A DNA stretch of 64,000 bases from Planctomycetota bacterium (GTDB taxonomy: Bacteria; Planctomycetota; GCA-002687715; DRQF01), in contig JAZGFI010000277.1 in assembly GCA_036479435.1 (NCBI GenBank), forward strand, positions 1-64,000, written 5' to 3'. The notes under the pieces are model-generated. The model ran no database searches, had not been told where the DNA came from, and saw nothing but the letters and a program-made list of their open reading frames with translations. This document shows, one piece after another, positions 19,573-29,159 of this stretch (its first letter is position 1; each line of letters begins with the position of its first letter). The position numbers and the translations under genes were made by a program.

Positions 19573-19690
19573 GCCAATCCTCCAAGCAAAATGAGAGCCA
19601 AGGGCGAATGATTCCCAAACCCCGCTCCCAGGACAAGATAGGACGCTGAGGCTGCGAAGGCTCGTTACCAGAGGGTAACGAAATGACGAA

Positions 19691-21040
19691 TCAGTGCCCG
19701 CGGTGGACGATTCTCGGCCAGTAGTCATCGAATTCGAATTTGGGGCTGTTGGCGAGGTCGTGACATTTGAAGCAGAAACGCGGACCCAAGACACCGCGAG
19801 GGGTTTTGGTGAGAGGCTGGGCAGCATGGCCCGCCGCCGGGCCGTGGCAGGCTTCACATTGCACGTTGACTGGCGACATGGTGCTGGCGTCAAAGCCGCC
19901 GCGGCGATCAAAATCAACGACATGGCAACGAACGCACTCGGGGTCTTTCTGATCACCGCTTTCGATCAAGGACTGAAAAGCGTGAGCGTGACGGCTCGCC
20001 GCCCACACTTCGTGAGCCTTAGGGTGGCATGTCGCGCAGGTCTTGCTGCCAGCGTAAGGGCCCTCTGCCTGATGGATACGCGGCTCGTTTTCTAGAAGGT
20101 CTTCGTCGTCGACCATCTGGCGGTAAAAGGACAAAAGCTCGCGAGCGAAGTCGCCGACGCCGACTTTTTCGTCCAAGGTGTAGCCACGAACCGTGCTGGC
20201 CTTGGGCCAGGAAGTCCAGGCGACATCACGGCCTTTTTGCCCGAACTCCACCACCGGCACGCCGTCGGTGTCCGACAAGAGCACCGGGATGTCGGATACC
20301 GAACGCAAGGCCACCATGGTCTTGGCCGCGGCAGCGCTTAGGCCCGAGCGACCCAGATAAGAACGAGTCTCGGCGTCAGTGGCCGTCGAGTAAAACAACA
20401 GATGGCCAACGTCTCCTGCCGTCTTGAGGGAAGCCAAGAGGTCTTTGGTGTCCGGCTCAGGCACCGCAGCGATACTGGGCTCGTTGAGTTTGTTGTCGGT
20501 CGGCGAGACATATCCGGTGACGTGGAGTTTCACACCGCGCCAAGGAATGACGACGAAGGGAGTAAAGAGCGGTTCTTCACCGCGCATCAAATTCAAAGAT
20601 ACGAAAGGAAACTCAGCGAGCTGCACAAGGTCCGTCCAAAACGAAGACCCAACTTGAAGATCGCCGTCGCCGGGACAAAAAGCCTTCACGCCGAGAGCCG
20701 TCATCGACTGCATGAAGATCTCGAGCTTCATTTCTTGCTGCCGACCCGCGTCGATGACCAAGTCGCCGAAAGCCAAGACCAGGCTGTCAGCCATGACCGC
20801 CTTATCAATCCCCTCAAAGAACCCGGCGCGCCTTTCAATTCCTCCGAGCACCGGCTTCGCGCAGCCGCAAGGGCGAATCATGCCGTGATCGTTGCCAATC
20901 ATGAACAGGCCGGCTTCGATCTTTGGCGGCTTGCTGGCGCCTTCGCCACCAGCAGATCGGTCCTCTTGCCGGCAACTCGGGACCAACAGCCCCCCCGCGA
21001 CAGCGATCAGCAACGAGGAAATAAGTAGTGAACGCATCAT
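19691..21040 (-). CDS. Lipoprotein with UshA/5'-nucleotidase-like CGC domain fused to a tetraheme c554-type cytochrome
   Basis: Lipobox-like VPSC; NDHGMIRPCGC..GGIERR and GDL motifs; four CxxCH motifs (CATCH, CVRCH, CEACH, CFKCH). Confidence 0.88.
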   Translation of the reverse strand: MMRSLLISSLLIAVAGGLLVPSCRQEDRSAGGEGASKPPKIEAGLFMIGNDHGMIRPCGCAKPVLGGIERRAGFFEGIDKAVMADSLVLAFGDLVIDAGRQQEMKLEIFMQSMTALGVKAFCPGDGDLQVGSSFWTDLVQLAEFPFVSLNLMRGEEPLFTPFVVIPWRGVKLHVTGYVSPTDNKLNEPSIAAVPEPDTKDLLASLKTAGDVGHLLFYSTATDAETRSYLGRSGLSAAAAKTMVALRSVSDIPVLLSDTDGVPVVEFGQKGRDVAWTSWPKASTVRGYTLDEKVGVGDFARELLSFYRQMVDDEDLLENEPRIHQAEGPYAGSKTCATCHPKAHEVWAASRHAHAFQSLIESGDQKDPECVRCHVVDFDRRGGFDASTMSPVNVQCEACHGPAAGHAAQPLTKTPRGVLGPRFCFKCHDLANSPKFEFDDYWPRIVHRGH

Positions 21041-22083
21041 CGCTTGAGGTGAAGACTCCAGGGCACGAGCAACCAGGGCTGATCGGCGCGATCGGTTCTG
21101 ATTCGCAACACGCCGCTATGGGTGCCAGAGCGTAGCCCCTTGGGAGCCACAACGGCAAGGACCAGGCGGTTCGCGACGAGGTCGGAGTCAAAATCGACGA
21201 ACAAAGTCGGACTCTCAGCACACTCTAGGACTCGAAACACGCGGCCGCTTTGGCTGTTGATCAGCAGTTCGCGCTTGCTGGCCGTCTTACTGTCCAAGAC
21301 CCCGAAAGACAGCCGTCGCGGGCTCACTCTAAGATCGCCAAGGACTTCCCCGGCGATTATCAGGATGGAACTTGGCTTCCAAATATCATCGGAGAAGACC
21401 GGCACGGTCCAGCGAAAGGGCCCGGGTTGTTTTGGCGCACGGCCCTTCCAAACCAAGGACTGGGCCAGCCCTTCCCCCGCTTTGCCGTTAACCGAGCGTT
21501 CGAACCTAGTCGCCACAGCAGCGACGTGTTTTTCGCCGAGTCTCAAGCGAACGATTTTGTCACCTCTTCGCCGCACGCGGCAGACGCCCGACAGTTCTTG
21601 TCGCGGGTCGACTTCCCCGAGTTGCACGGTCAGGGGATCCAAGCGCCACGCGGCGAGAACTTCTCCCGCAATGGCTAGGCGCAGAGTTTCAACCTTGCCG
21701 AGCGTCGAATCAGATTTCATTGCCGCCAATCGCAGGGTCATGTACTTTTTGAGCTGACCCTCAAGCCCCTTGGTGTCGAAGCGAAACTTCAGCGAGGTTG
21801 TCTTGCCGGCGGCCAAGATCCGCGGCGTTTGAAGGCTGCGAGCACACTGGCAGTCGAACTTAATGTCGATCAATTTGCGGTCGAGTTTCCCTCGATTCTC
21901 AAGCTGGAATACGCCATCAAAACTCGCTCCCTGATCGCAGGCTGGAAAACTAAACTGCGGCGGGTTAGCGACGATCTGCGCGCGCCCGACATTGAGCCCC
22001 GCAAAGCTGAGAAGACAAAAGGCTGCGCCAAAAACAAAGGCGCGAAACCCCAATCCATCGACAAGAGGTTTCGAAGACTTCAA
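21037..22083 (-). CDS. DUF1573-domain secreted Ig-like protein
   Basis: F.LENRG...IKFDCQCA (DUF1573 CxC motif) followed by Ig-like repeats (LDPLTVQLGEV, VSPRRLSFGVL, LRIRTD); TTG start overlaps the upstream stop. Confidence 0.8.
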   Translation of the reverse strand: MKSSKPLVDGLGFRAFVFGAAFCLLSFAGLNVGRAQIVANPPQFSFPACDQGASFDGVFQLENRGKLDRKLIDIKFDCQCARSLQTPRILAAGKTTSLKFRFDTKGLEGQLKKYMTLRLAAMKSDSTLGKVETLRLAIAGEVLAAWRLDPLTVQLGEVDPRQELSGVCRVRRRGDKIVRLRLGEKHVAAVATRFERSVNGKAGEGLAQSLVWKGRAPKQPGPFRWTVPVFSDDIWKPSSILIIAGEVLGDLRVSPRRLSFGVLDSKTASKRELLINSQSGRVFRVLECAESPTLFVDFDSDLVANRLVLAVVAPKGLRSGTHSGVLRIRTDRADQPWLLVPWSLHLKR

Positions 22084-24305
22084 CGACCCTGTGCCTGGGT
22101 TCGAAGGATATCGGCCGCGGTCTTGATGATGGTCGCTTCTTGCGGCGAACGCGCGTTCGTCCGCACTAAACGATTCAAGAACCGAAGACTCTTGTCGAAC
22201 TGTCCCAATCCACGGCTGAGTTGCGCAGCCTCCCACAGCAAACCCACGGTCGGGACTCCGGCCGCTATGCCCGATTCAATGATCTTGAGCGCCCGTCCTT
22301 TTTGTCCGGCGGCTATCGCCTCCTTAACGGCGACGCTCAAGGCATCGGCGTCTCCGGGAGACAGCTCCAGGGCGCGTGCCGCGTGAAGTTTTACCGCATT
22401 GTCATCGCCTTGAAGCTGAGCCAAGCGAATCTTTGCTCGCAGGTACTTCAATCGAGAGGCCAGGGGAACTCTATCGCCGAGCTTGAGCAAGACGAGTTTC
22501 ACTTCTTCAAGCGCGGATTGCGCGTCTTCAGCACCCTTTTGGCGCACGAACTGGGTTATGCCACCATCGGGCGAGGCCTGCATCGCGACCTCCGAGAAGG
22601 TGAGCTCCGCATCTTGCAGCGCAACATTGAGCTGATTGATGGGACGACCCTTGGCGTAGCGCCGCACCCGGTCCAGGCTGCGGCGTGCCAAAATGACGCC
22701 CGCCAGGCGCCCGTCAACATCGGGTTGCGACTCGGCCCTTACGGCTTCCCAAGAGACTCGATTCGACAACAAGTTGAAACACTGAGCTCTCGTCGTGAAA
22801 TCGATCTGTTGGGTCGACGGCACTCGGACGAAGTTCTTCTCCATGGCGTCAAAGCGTGCGAAATCTTCGTCTGGTTTTGAACTCTTGATGTCGAGCGGAC
22901 CCGCAAGAGAACCGACGACCATGTTGTTGTGGAGCGCCCAAACGCTGTTCTCGTCGAATTCCATCGTGTAGGTGGTCAGAGATGCGAGGCTGCGCCAGGC
23001 CTTCACAAGTTGCCGCGTGGCTACCAGTCCCACTAAAATTGACAGGACCAAAAAGCCCGTGAGAATTTTGCCCCGCCAAACTCGCCGCCCCTCCCCCGAG
23101 CCGAGATGACGGGTTGCGCTCATGGCGATGAAGAGACCCAAACCGAATAGGGAGCCGTAAGCGAAGCGATAGGCCGCGATAGCCCCGATCGGCAACAACA
23201 GATTCGAGGTGGGCAAAAAGGCCAAGACTGCAAACAGCAGAGCCACCCCTTCGATGCGACGACGCCACAACTGCCACAGGGTGCCACCGACGAGCAGCAG
23301 CCACAGCAAAAGGCCACCGAGCACCCGCGCATCCATCAGCCCCACTGGGGGGGTATGGTCTTGGTGAGAGATGTTCGGGTTTAGATCGAAAGGCCAAACG
23401 AAAGCCTGCGCGTAGATGCTGAAGAAGGCCGCCAAGCTTGAAGTCACGCGCTCAAAGGGAGCGAACTCACGAAAGGCACTTTGTTCGGCTACCGCCGCAA
23501 AGGCGCCCAAGACCTGAGTCCGAATGACGACCCACGCGATAAGCACCACGATGAGAGGCAGCATCGACGCCAAAGCAAAGGCCAGACGCTTAGCAAAGGG
23601 TTCACTCGAAACGGACTGGCCTTCGCCGCTTTCAGCATCACCTTGGCCGGTGCGGCCGAGGATGAGCGCCTGGGCGAAAAGGACCGCCGGAAACATCGCC
23701 GCGTTCTCTTTTGAAAGCAAGGCGCCGAACCAACAAACGGCCGCCGTTACCAAGAAGCTCCAGGCGCGGACCGCTTCTTTTTCACGCAGCCCGAGCGTGA
23801 AGGTCCACCAACTGCCAATGATAAAGATTTGGGCCAGCATCTCCGCCGCACCGACCATGCCCACCACGGACTCCGCCGCCATCCCGTGCCAGGCGGCAAA
23901 CAAACTCGCGCCCAGGGCCACTGGGAATCGCCAGCGCCAGCTCGCGAGGAGGGTCATCAAAAACAGAAACCGCAAGATTGCGAGGAGGGTATGCAATCCA
24001 ACATTAGCGCGGTTGTAGATAGCAGCACCGGCGCTCGTCGAATCTTCCGAACCGATCCAATCGACGACAATGAAGTAGACCAGGGTCAAGGGGCGGTAAA
24101 GCGTTTCGATAGAGTCGGCACTCTGCTGGCCCGATGGGCCCCACCAACTGCTGTGAAAAGCATCAGCAATGCGATGCTCACGAACGATTGGATTCTTGTC
24201 GACGACAAGATCAGCATCCAAGGCGAAGTCGTTCTTGCCAATACCGGTATAGACCAAGGGAAGGAACATGGCCATCAAGGCGACGGCGACGAGTCTGCGT
24301 GACAT
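22080..24305 (-). CDS. TMTC-like GT-C glycosyltransferase with TPR-like C-terminus
   Basis: YRPLT, H..AESV, LLSKENA, WPFDL, LPTSNLL and RFAY motifs typical of TMTC/DUF1736 proteins; multi-TM; helical C-terminus. Confidence 0.8.
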   Translation of the reverse strand: MSRRLVAVALMAMFLPLVYTGIGKNDFALDADLVVDKNPIVREHRIADAFHSSWWGPSGQQSADSIETLYRPLTLVYFIVVDWIGSEDSTSAGAAIYNRANVGLHTLLAILRFLFLMTLLASWRWRFPVALGASLFAAWHGMAAESVVGMVGAAEMLAQIFIIGSWWTFTLGLREKEAVRAWSFLVTAAVCWFGALLSKENAAMFPAVLFAQALILGRTGQGDAESGEGQSVSSEPFAKRLAFALASMLPLIVVLIAWVVIRTQVLGAFAAVAEQSAFREFAPFERVTSSLAAFFSIYAQAFVWPFDLNPNISHQDHTPPVGLMDARVLGGLLLWLLLVGGTLWQLWRRRIEGVALLFAVLAFLPTSNLLLPIGAIAAYRFAYGSLFGLGLFIAMSATRHLGSGEGRRVWRGKILTGFLVLSILVGLVATRQLVKAWRSLASLTTYTMEFDENSVWALHNNMVVGSLAGPLDIKSSKPDEDFARFDAMEKNFVRVPSTQQIDFTTRAQCFNLLSNRVSWEAVRAESQPDVDGRLAGVILARRSLDRVRRYAKGRPINQLNVALQDAELTFSEVAMQASPDGGITQFVRQKGAEDAQSALEEVKLVLLKLGDRVPLASRLKYLRAKIRLAQLQGDDNAVKLHAARALELSPGDADALSVAVKEAIAAGQKGRALKIIESGIAAGVPTVGLLWEAAQLSRGLGQFDKSLRFLNRLVRTNARSPQEATIIKTAADILRTQAQGR

Positions 24306-24490
24306 GTAAGCGGCTCTCTCGCTTTGGTTGCTTGGGCTCTTGCCCCAGCTTAGCTAGGTCATTGCCGGAATTCTCTCGCGGCGTGAACAAAAAAAAACAC
24401 TCGCGAGCGGATTGTTTTAGAGGTTCAACTCTCGTCGATTGAACCCGATCAGAATCCAATCCCAATCTCAAGCAACTGAAACGAAGCAGC

Positions 24491-24991
24491 TCAAATGACG
24501 GCAATCGAAGTCGAGGCGATAGAACCGGTAGCGTCGTTCGTAGCCGTGAGAGTAACCGTCGCGCCAGCAAGGTCGTTCGGAACATCGAATTCAAACTTCC
24601 AGGCCTGGTCCTCAGCACTCCAAAACAGCTTGGGAACATTGACCAGCCATCCGTCGATCTTAACGACGACCGTGGCCCCGGAGGTGTCATCACCCGCTGC
24701 GGGCGCAGGAACATTCTCGACGTGCCCCGTCAAGGTGCCACCGGAAGACGCGCCTCCCGCCAGGGTGATGCCGGGACCTCTTCCAAGCACCCTTCCATCC
24801 TCAGCGTCAACAACGCGACGGTGAAGGAGGCTAAAAGCATCGGCTGCGGCCGTCAACGCCCACCCGGACTCCACGGCCTTGGCACCGCGAGCTTGGGGCG
24901 AGTCTACGCTGGCTCCACCTCCGGCCACGAGCAGCACGCTCATGCCAATGGAAAAGACCGCGCAGGCGACTTTTGCGCGAAGACGGGACAT
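24491..24991 (-). CDS. Small secreted Ser/Thr/Ala-rich Ig-like protein
   Basis: AAGGAG RBS; signal peptide; beta-rich C-terminus FEFDVPNDLAGATVTLTAT. Confidence 0.7.
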   Translation of the reverse strand: MSRLRAKVACAVFSIGMSVLLVAGGGASVDSPQARGAKAVESGWALTAAADAFSLLHRRVVDAEDGRVLGRGPGITLAGGASSGGTLTGHVENVPAPAAGDDTSGATVVVKIDGWLVNVPKLFWSAEDQAWKFEFDVPNDLAGATVTLTATNDATGSIASTSIAVI

Positions 24992-25220
24992 GCGGAATTG
25001 AGGCTCCTTTGCGGACAACCAAATTGACGTCGCTACTATACCGTTCGGATCGAAGGGCCGCTAAACAATTGTGATATTTTAAACCCCTATGATGGATTGA
25101 GTTAGCACAGGTCGATGGCTGGGCAACCATGGCCAAGGAGGCCGGAGGGGGCGAAAACAGACGCAAATCGGCCTCGGATAAGAGATTCGATCGATCTCAA
25201 GTTGAAGATCCGGGCCCTTT

Positions 25221-26597
25221 TTAGCGAAATTCATCGGGGTCTATTCCCAAGGATTGGATCTTTGCGTGGAGAGTCGGGCGGCTTATTCCGGCGCGGCGCG
25301 CGGCCTCAGACACGTTTCCCTGCACAGATCGAAGCAATCGCAGCAAGTACTGCGCTTCAAAGGCCGTCACCGCTTCGCGAAACGGTGCCAAGTTCGCAAC
25401 CTCGCGCGGCTCGGTTAGGCAATCCTCAGGCACGGCATCAACGCCAAGGGTTTTCTTTGTACCGAGGGCGAGCATGCGCTCTATCACGTTCTGCAACTGG
25501 CGAACGTTGCCTGGCCAATCTTGATCTTCGAGTAAGGCGCGCGCTTCAAGGTCAATGGCATCTTCATCGCGACCGTGAAGAGCTAGACTATGATTGATGA
25601 GCTCCCCGATGTCAGCGCGCCTTTTTCTGAGCGGCGGCACCGTGAGAGAAAAGACGTTGAATCGAAAGAAGAGGTCTTGGCGAAACAAGTTGTCTTCGAC
25701 CCGCTTTTTTAGGTCGCGGTGAGTGGCCGCGACGATGCGTAAATCCAGCACCGACGTTTCGCTACTTCCCAGCGCCGAGACCTCGCCACTTTGAAGCAAG
25801 CGAAGCAGTGCCGGCTGCACTTCCAAGGGCGCCTCTGCGATCTCGTCCAAGAACAAAGTACCGCCGTCAGCCCGCCGGCAAACGCCGTCGCGCCGCACGG
25901 TCGCGCCGGTGTAGGCACCTTCCTCCACGCCAAAGAGCTCCGCCGCAACGAGACTTACCGGCACCGCCGCGCAGTGGAAGGCCTGGAACGGACCCTCGTG
26001 GCGGGGCGAACGAGCGTGAATGGCGCGCGCCACGAGCTCCTTACCGGTGCCACTCTCGCCCTTGATCAGCACCACGCCCTTTTTGCCGGCGACGATGTCA
26101 ATTTCTCGATAGAGCTGCTGCATCGGCGGGCTTGTGCCCACCATCCCCTCAAAGCGACGGCCCTCGGCAAGTAGACGCTTAAGGAGCTGGTTCTCAGCCG
26201 AAAGCCTGCTCGCGCGCAGAGAGGCGCCGATGACCTTGAGGATCTCCTCGCGATCGAATGGCTTGGTGATGTAGTTGTCCGCACCTGCTTTCAGAGCGGC
26301 GATCGCGTCGGGAATCGACCCGTAACCGGTCATGACGATGACCGGCAATCCTGGCCGCTGCACTTTAGTGCTCTGCAACAGGGCCAAGCCATCCACCTCG
26401 GGCATCCGAATATCGGTCAGCAACAGGTCGAATTCTTGGTCCTGAATGAGCCGCCTCGCCGCGGCACCATCGGCGGCGATCTCGACATCGAAGCCGCGTT
26501 TTTTGAGCAGCCGTTGCAGGTAAAAGCGCATCGCTTCTTCGTCGTCGACGACGAGCAAGCGCTCTTTGGGTGCAAGAGTTTTTTCGGATTCGCTCAC
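25221..26597 (-). CDS. Sigma54-dependent NtrC-family response regulator (REC-AAA-Fis HTH)
   Basis: VVDDE/TD/KP receiver; GESGTGKE, ELFG..GAYTGA, FLDEI, WPGNVRQL; C-terminal HTH GNVSEAARRAGISRPTL. Confidence 0.95.
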   Translation of the reverse strand: MSESEKTLAPKERLLVVDDEEAMRFYLQRLLKKRGFDVEIAADGAAARRLIQDQEFDLLLTDIRMPEVDGLALLQSTKVQRPGLPVIVMTGYGSIPDAIAALKAGADNYITKPFDREEILKVIGASLRASRLSAENQLLKRLLAEGRRFEGMVGTSPPMQQLYREIDIVAGKKGVVLIKGESGTGKELVARAIHARSPRHEGPFQAFHCAAVPVSLVAAELFGVEEGAYTGATVRRDGVCRRADGGTLFLDEIAEAPLEVQPALLRLLQSGEVSALGSSETSVLDLRIVAATHRDLKKRVEDNLFRQDLFFRFNVFSLTVPPLRKRRADIGELINHSLALHGRDEDAIDLEARALLEDQDWPGNVRQLQNVIERMLALGTKKTLGVDAVPEDCLTEPREVANLAPFREAVTAFEAQYLLRLLRSVQGNVSEAARRAGISRPTLHAKIQSLGIDPDEFR

Positions 26598-28099
26598 AAA
26601 GACTCTCGATCGGGGATGAACACGGAGAACTCGCTGCCCTGACCCGGGCCCCTTGATGCGGCCTCGATCCTAGCACCCAAACGCGCCACGATGCCATGCG
26701 AGACGGCGAGCCCCAGCCCGGAGCCCCCGCCTCCTGCAGAACTCCCGTCCTTCGTCGTAAAAAAGGGCTCAAAGATGCGATCGAGGTGTTCGGTGTCGAT
26801 CCCCAGACCCCAGTCTTTCACCAAGACCCGCTGCCCTCCCGGGGCCGCCTCGACGCTGATTTCGATCTTCTGACCGCTTTGACTGGCTTGAAGCGCGTTC
26901 AGATAGAGATTTAAGAGCACTTGCTGCAGGCCTCGCGCATCACTGGTTATCGGCGGCAGATTCGAGGCCGACATCCTGAGCTCAACGCCCCTAAGGCTCG
27001 CGTCGGGCCCGACCAGCCGCAAGGCCGTCTCCGCCACTTCCCGCAGCGAAATGGGGCTAAGTTCACCGTCGACGCCACGGCTGAAGCTGAGCAGGTTCTC
27101 GGTCACCAAGCCCGCCCTCTCAGCGGTTCTGATGATGACATCCAAAGTTTCCGCAGCATCGTGATCGCTGACATCATCCTTCAGCTCGGTGGCGCAACCG
27201 CGGATACCGCCAATGATGTTGTTGAACTCGTGGGCCATGCCCTGGGCCATCGTCCCCAACGCCACCATCTTCGCGGACTCGACCAGTTTCCCCTGGGTCG
27301 TCTCAAGTTCCACCAAGGTTGTCTCGAGCCTAGCATTAGTGGCTTCCTTGGCCCCGAGAGCTTCGCGCAGCGCGAGGGTCTTCACTTCGACTTTCTCTTC
27401 GAGCCCCTGCTGCGCTTGCTCGACGGCATCCGCCATCGAATTAAAACTTCGCGCTAAACGAACGATCTCTTCTCCACCTTGCTCTTGGATGCGACCTCCA
27501 AGATCACCTTTCCCCATGCTCTCGACAACTTCGGTTGCCTCTCGTAGGGGCTTCAACACCGTGAAGAAAAAAGCGAACCCAATCAGGCTGCTTACCGCGA
27601 GTAGAAACGCGCCTCCCCATACCAGCAAACGCCGCGTGATGCTCCGACGCCATTCTGCAACGGCAACTTTTTGTTGCTCGTCGATTTGGGAGAGCTTGCC
27701 GCGAATGACTTCACCCTCGTTCTCGCGAAACAGATCGGCGATGATGCGCGAGTTCTCTCGATTGCGCACCCTCATTTCGTCGAGCCGTTCGCGCAAGAGC
27801 GCCTCTAGTTCAGCCTCGCGGCCTTCGAAAAGATCGAAAGGAATATCGGCCAGCTCGCGGCCAAATTTGCCGGAAAGGCTCGTCACCGACTGGTCCATCA
27901 GATCGGCCTGCGTGTCTGCGATCTCGGAGAAGACGGTTTCGATTTCGCGGCCAGAACGATCCATGATCTTCGCCGATGTTTCGGCGACTTCGTCACCCGC
28001 GCTCCGCGCGACAATGAGCCCGAACGCCAAGATCCCCAGCACCAAAAGCGCAAAGAGCGCGAGAAAAAACCGCGCCCCTAAAGATCGAAATCGCGTCAT
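26594..28099 (-). CDS. HAMP-domain sensor histidine kinase
   Basis: Two TM segments; HAMP; AHEFNN H-box, NLYLNA, DWGLGI, FFTTK and GSGLGL. Confidence 0.93.
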   Translation of the reverse strand: MTRFRSLGARFFLALFALLVLGILAFGLIVARSAGDEVAETSAKIMDRSGREIETVFSEIADTQADLMDQSVTSLSGKFGRELADIPFDLFEGREAELEALLRERLDEMRVRNRENSRIIADLFRENEGEVIRGKLSQIDEQQKVAVAEWRRSITRRLLVWGGAFLLAVSSLIGFAFFFTVLKPLREATEVVESMGKGDLGGRIQEQGGEEIVRLARSFNSMADAVEQAQQGLEEKVEVKTLALREALGAKEATNARLETTLVELETTQGKLVESAKMVALGTMAQGMAHEFNNIIGGIRGCATELKDDVSDHDAAETLDVIIRTAERAGLVTENLLSFSRGVDGELSPISLREVAETALRLVGPDASLRGVELRMSASNLPPITSDARGLQQVLLNLYLNALQASQSGQKIEISVEAAPGGQRVLVKDWGLGIDTEHLDRIFEPFFTTKDGSSAGGGGSGLGLAVSHGIVARLGARIEAASRGPGQGSEFSVFIPDRESL

Positions 28100-29151
28100 C
28101 GTGGCCTCCCCGTTCGAAAGACCCGCCAGGCATCTAAGACCACCGGCAGGGGCAGGCGACGGCCCAAGCGTGAAGCAACGTCAAGATCGACGTAAAGGCG
28201 TGAGGAGGTCAATCGCCCCACCTTGAGCGCCGCCGGATTTTGGCCGCGCCGCAACACGCGATCGACCAAAGCCGCAGCCCGCAAACCCAATAGTTCATAG
28301 TCCACGGCCAGCACCAAAAGAGCGCCACGGCCGGCGCAGCGCTCGGAGGACGAGACCACCGGGATCTTTGCTGCCGACGCTTGGGCCACGATCTTGGCGA
28401 AAGCCTCTTGCTGATAAAGGCCAATGTCGATCGGCACCCAAATCGCGTCGGAGTTGGCACAGGCGGCCTTGAGCTGGCGATCAAAGTCTTTCGCACCCTT
28501 GATCTCATAAGACAAAAGCTCGGTTGCGGGCTTTTTGCCAGCCACGGCCTTCAAGGCTCGACGGGCCTCTGCAATCTCGGCCTGCGAAACTGCGTTGTTC
28601 GCCGTGTGCAGCACGGCCAGACGCTTAAGGCCGGGGACCGCGGCACGAAAAGACTCAAGCATGAAGCGTCGATCGAGCCAATTGCTGTTGCCACAGACCA
28701 AAGCGCGACCGCCTTGCCAAGAGGGCACGATGCCCGCCAAGACGGGATTCGTAACGGCGGTGAAGAAGACCATGACGTTCGGGCAGTACTTCAAAGCCAA
28801 TTGGGTGGCTTTGGTTCCCAATGCGACCACACAGCGGACTCCTTTTTGTTCGGCCTGCGCCAAGAATTTCTCCGCGTGCTGCTTGTTGCGCTTCGCATCG
28901 AACACAACGATTTTTTCGTAACCCACGAGGCGAAGACCTCGCTTTAGACCACGGAGAGCTTTTTTGTCGTTGGGTGATTCGTGCCATTGAAAGACGGCGA
29001 TTTCACCGACGCTTAGGCTCGGGAGCGAGATGTCTTGGGCAAGGACCCGCTCGTGCATCGAAAGGCAGGCGAGAGTCATGAGGAAGGTCAGAGCACCTAC
29101 TCTCAACAAGCCATCGCGAGCCATCGCTCTCAATGTGAAAACGGCCGCCAT
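28096..29151 (-). CDS. ABC_sub_bind-type periplasmic ligand-binding protein
   Basis: VVALGTKA, FTAVTNP, DAIWVPID and GALL...DY..LG motifs; no permease next to it, coupled to the kinase gene. Confidence 0.8.
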   Translation of the reverse strand: MAAVFTLRAMARDGLLRVGALTFLMTLACLSMHERVLAQDISLPSLSVGEIAVFQWHESPNDKKALRGLKRGLRLVGYEKIVVFDAKRNKQHAEKFLAQAEQKGVRCVVALGTKATQLALKYCPNVMVFFTAVTNPVLAGIVPSWQGGRALVCGNSNWLDRRFMLESFRAAVPGLKRLAVLHTANNAVSQAEIAEARRALKAVAGKKPATELLSYEIKGAKDFDRQLKAACANSDAIWVPIDIGLYQQEAFAKIVAQASAAKIPVVSSSERCAGRGALLVLAVDYELLGLRAAALVDRVLRRGQNPAALKVGRLTSSRLYVDLDVASRLGRRLPLPVVLDAWRVFRTGRPR

Positions 29152-29159
29152 CCGCCGCC

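Noticed and set aside
19573..19956. ORF-track N-terminal extensions (binding protein; similarly sulfatase, ATPase, DUF1573, lolD, giant kinase, polA, glyQS)
   Set aside because: They overlap neighbouring genes; downstream starts have an RBS, a stop/start overlap or a signal peptide.
20855..20885. Possible selenocysteine codon in the CGC motif
   Set aside because: Both codons are TGC; there is no in-frame UGA.
25123..25135. TGGCCATGGTTGC as a sigma54 promoter for the 24991 gene
   Set aside because: GG-GC spacing is 8 nt, not 10.
27189..28226. Long antisense or alternate-frame ORFs (also 1318-2187, 37890-38762, 39484-40287, 45994-46851)
   Set aside because: Shadow ORFs of well-supported genes, as expected in high-GC DNA.
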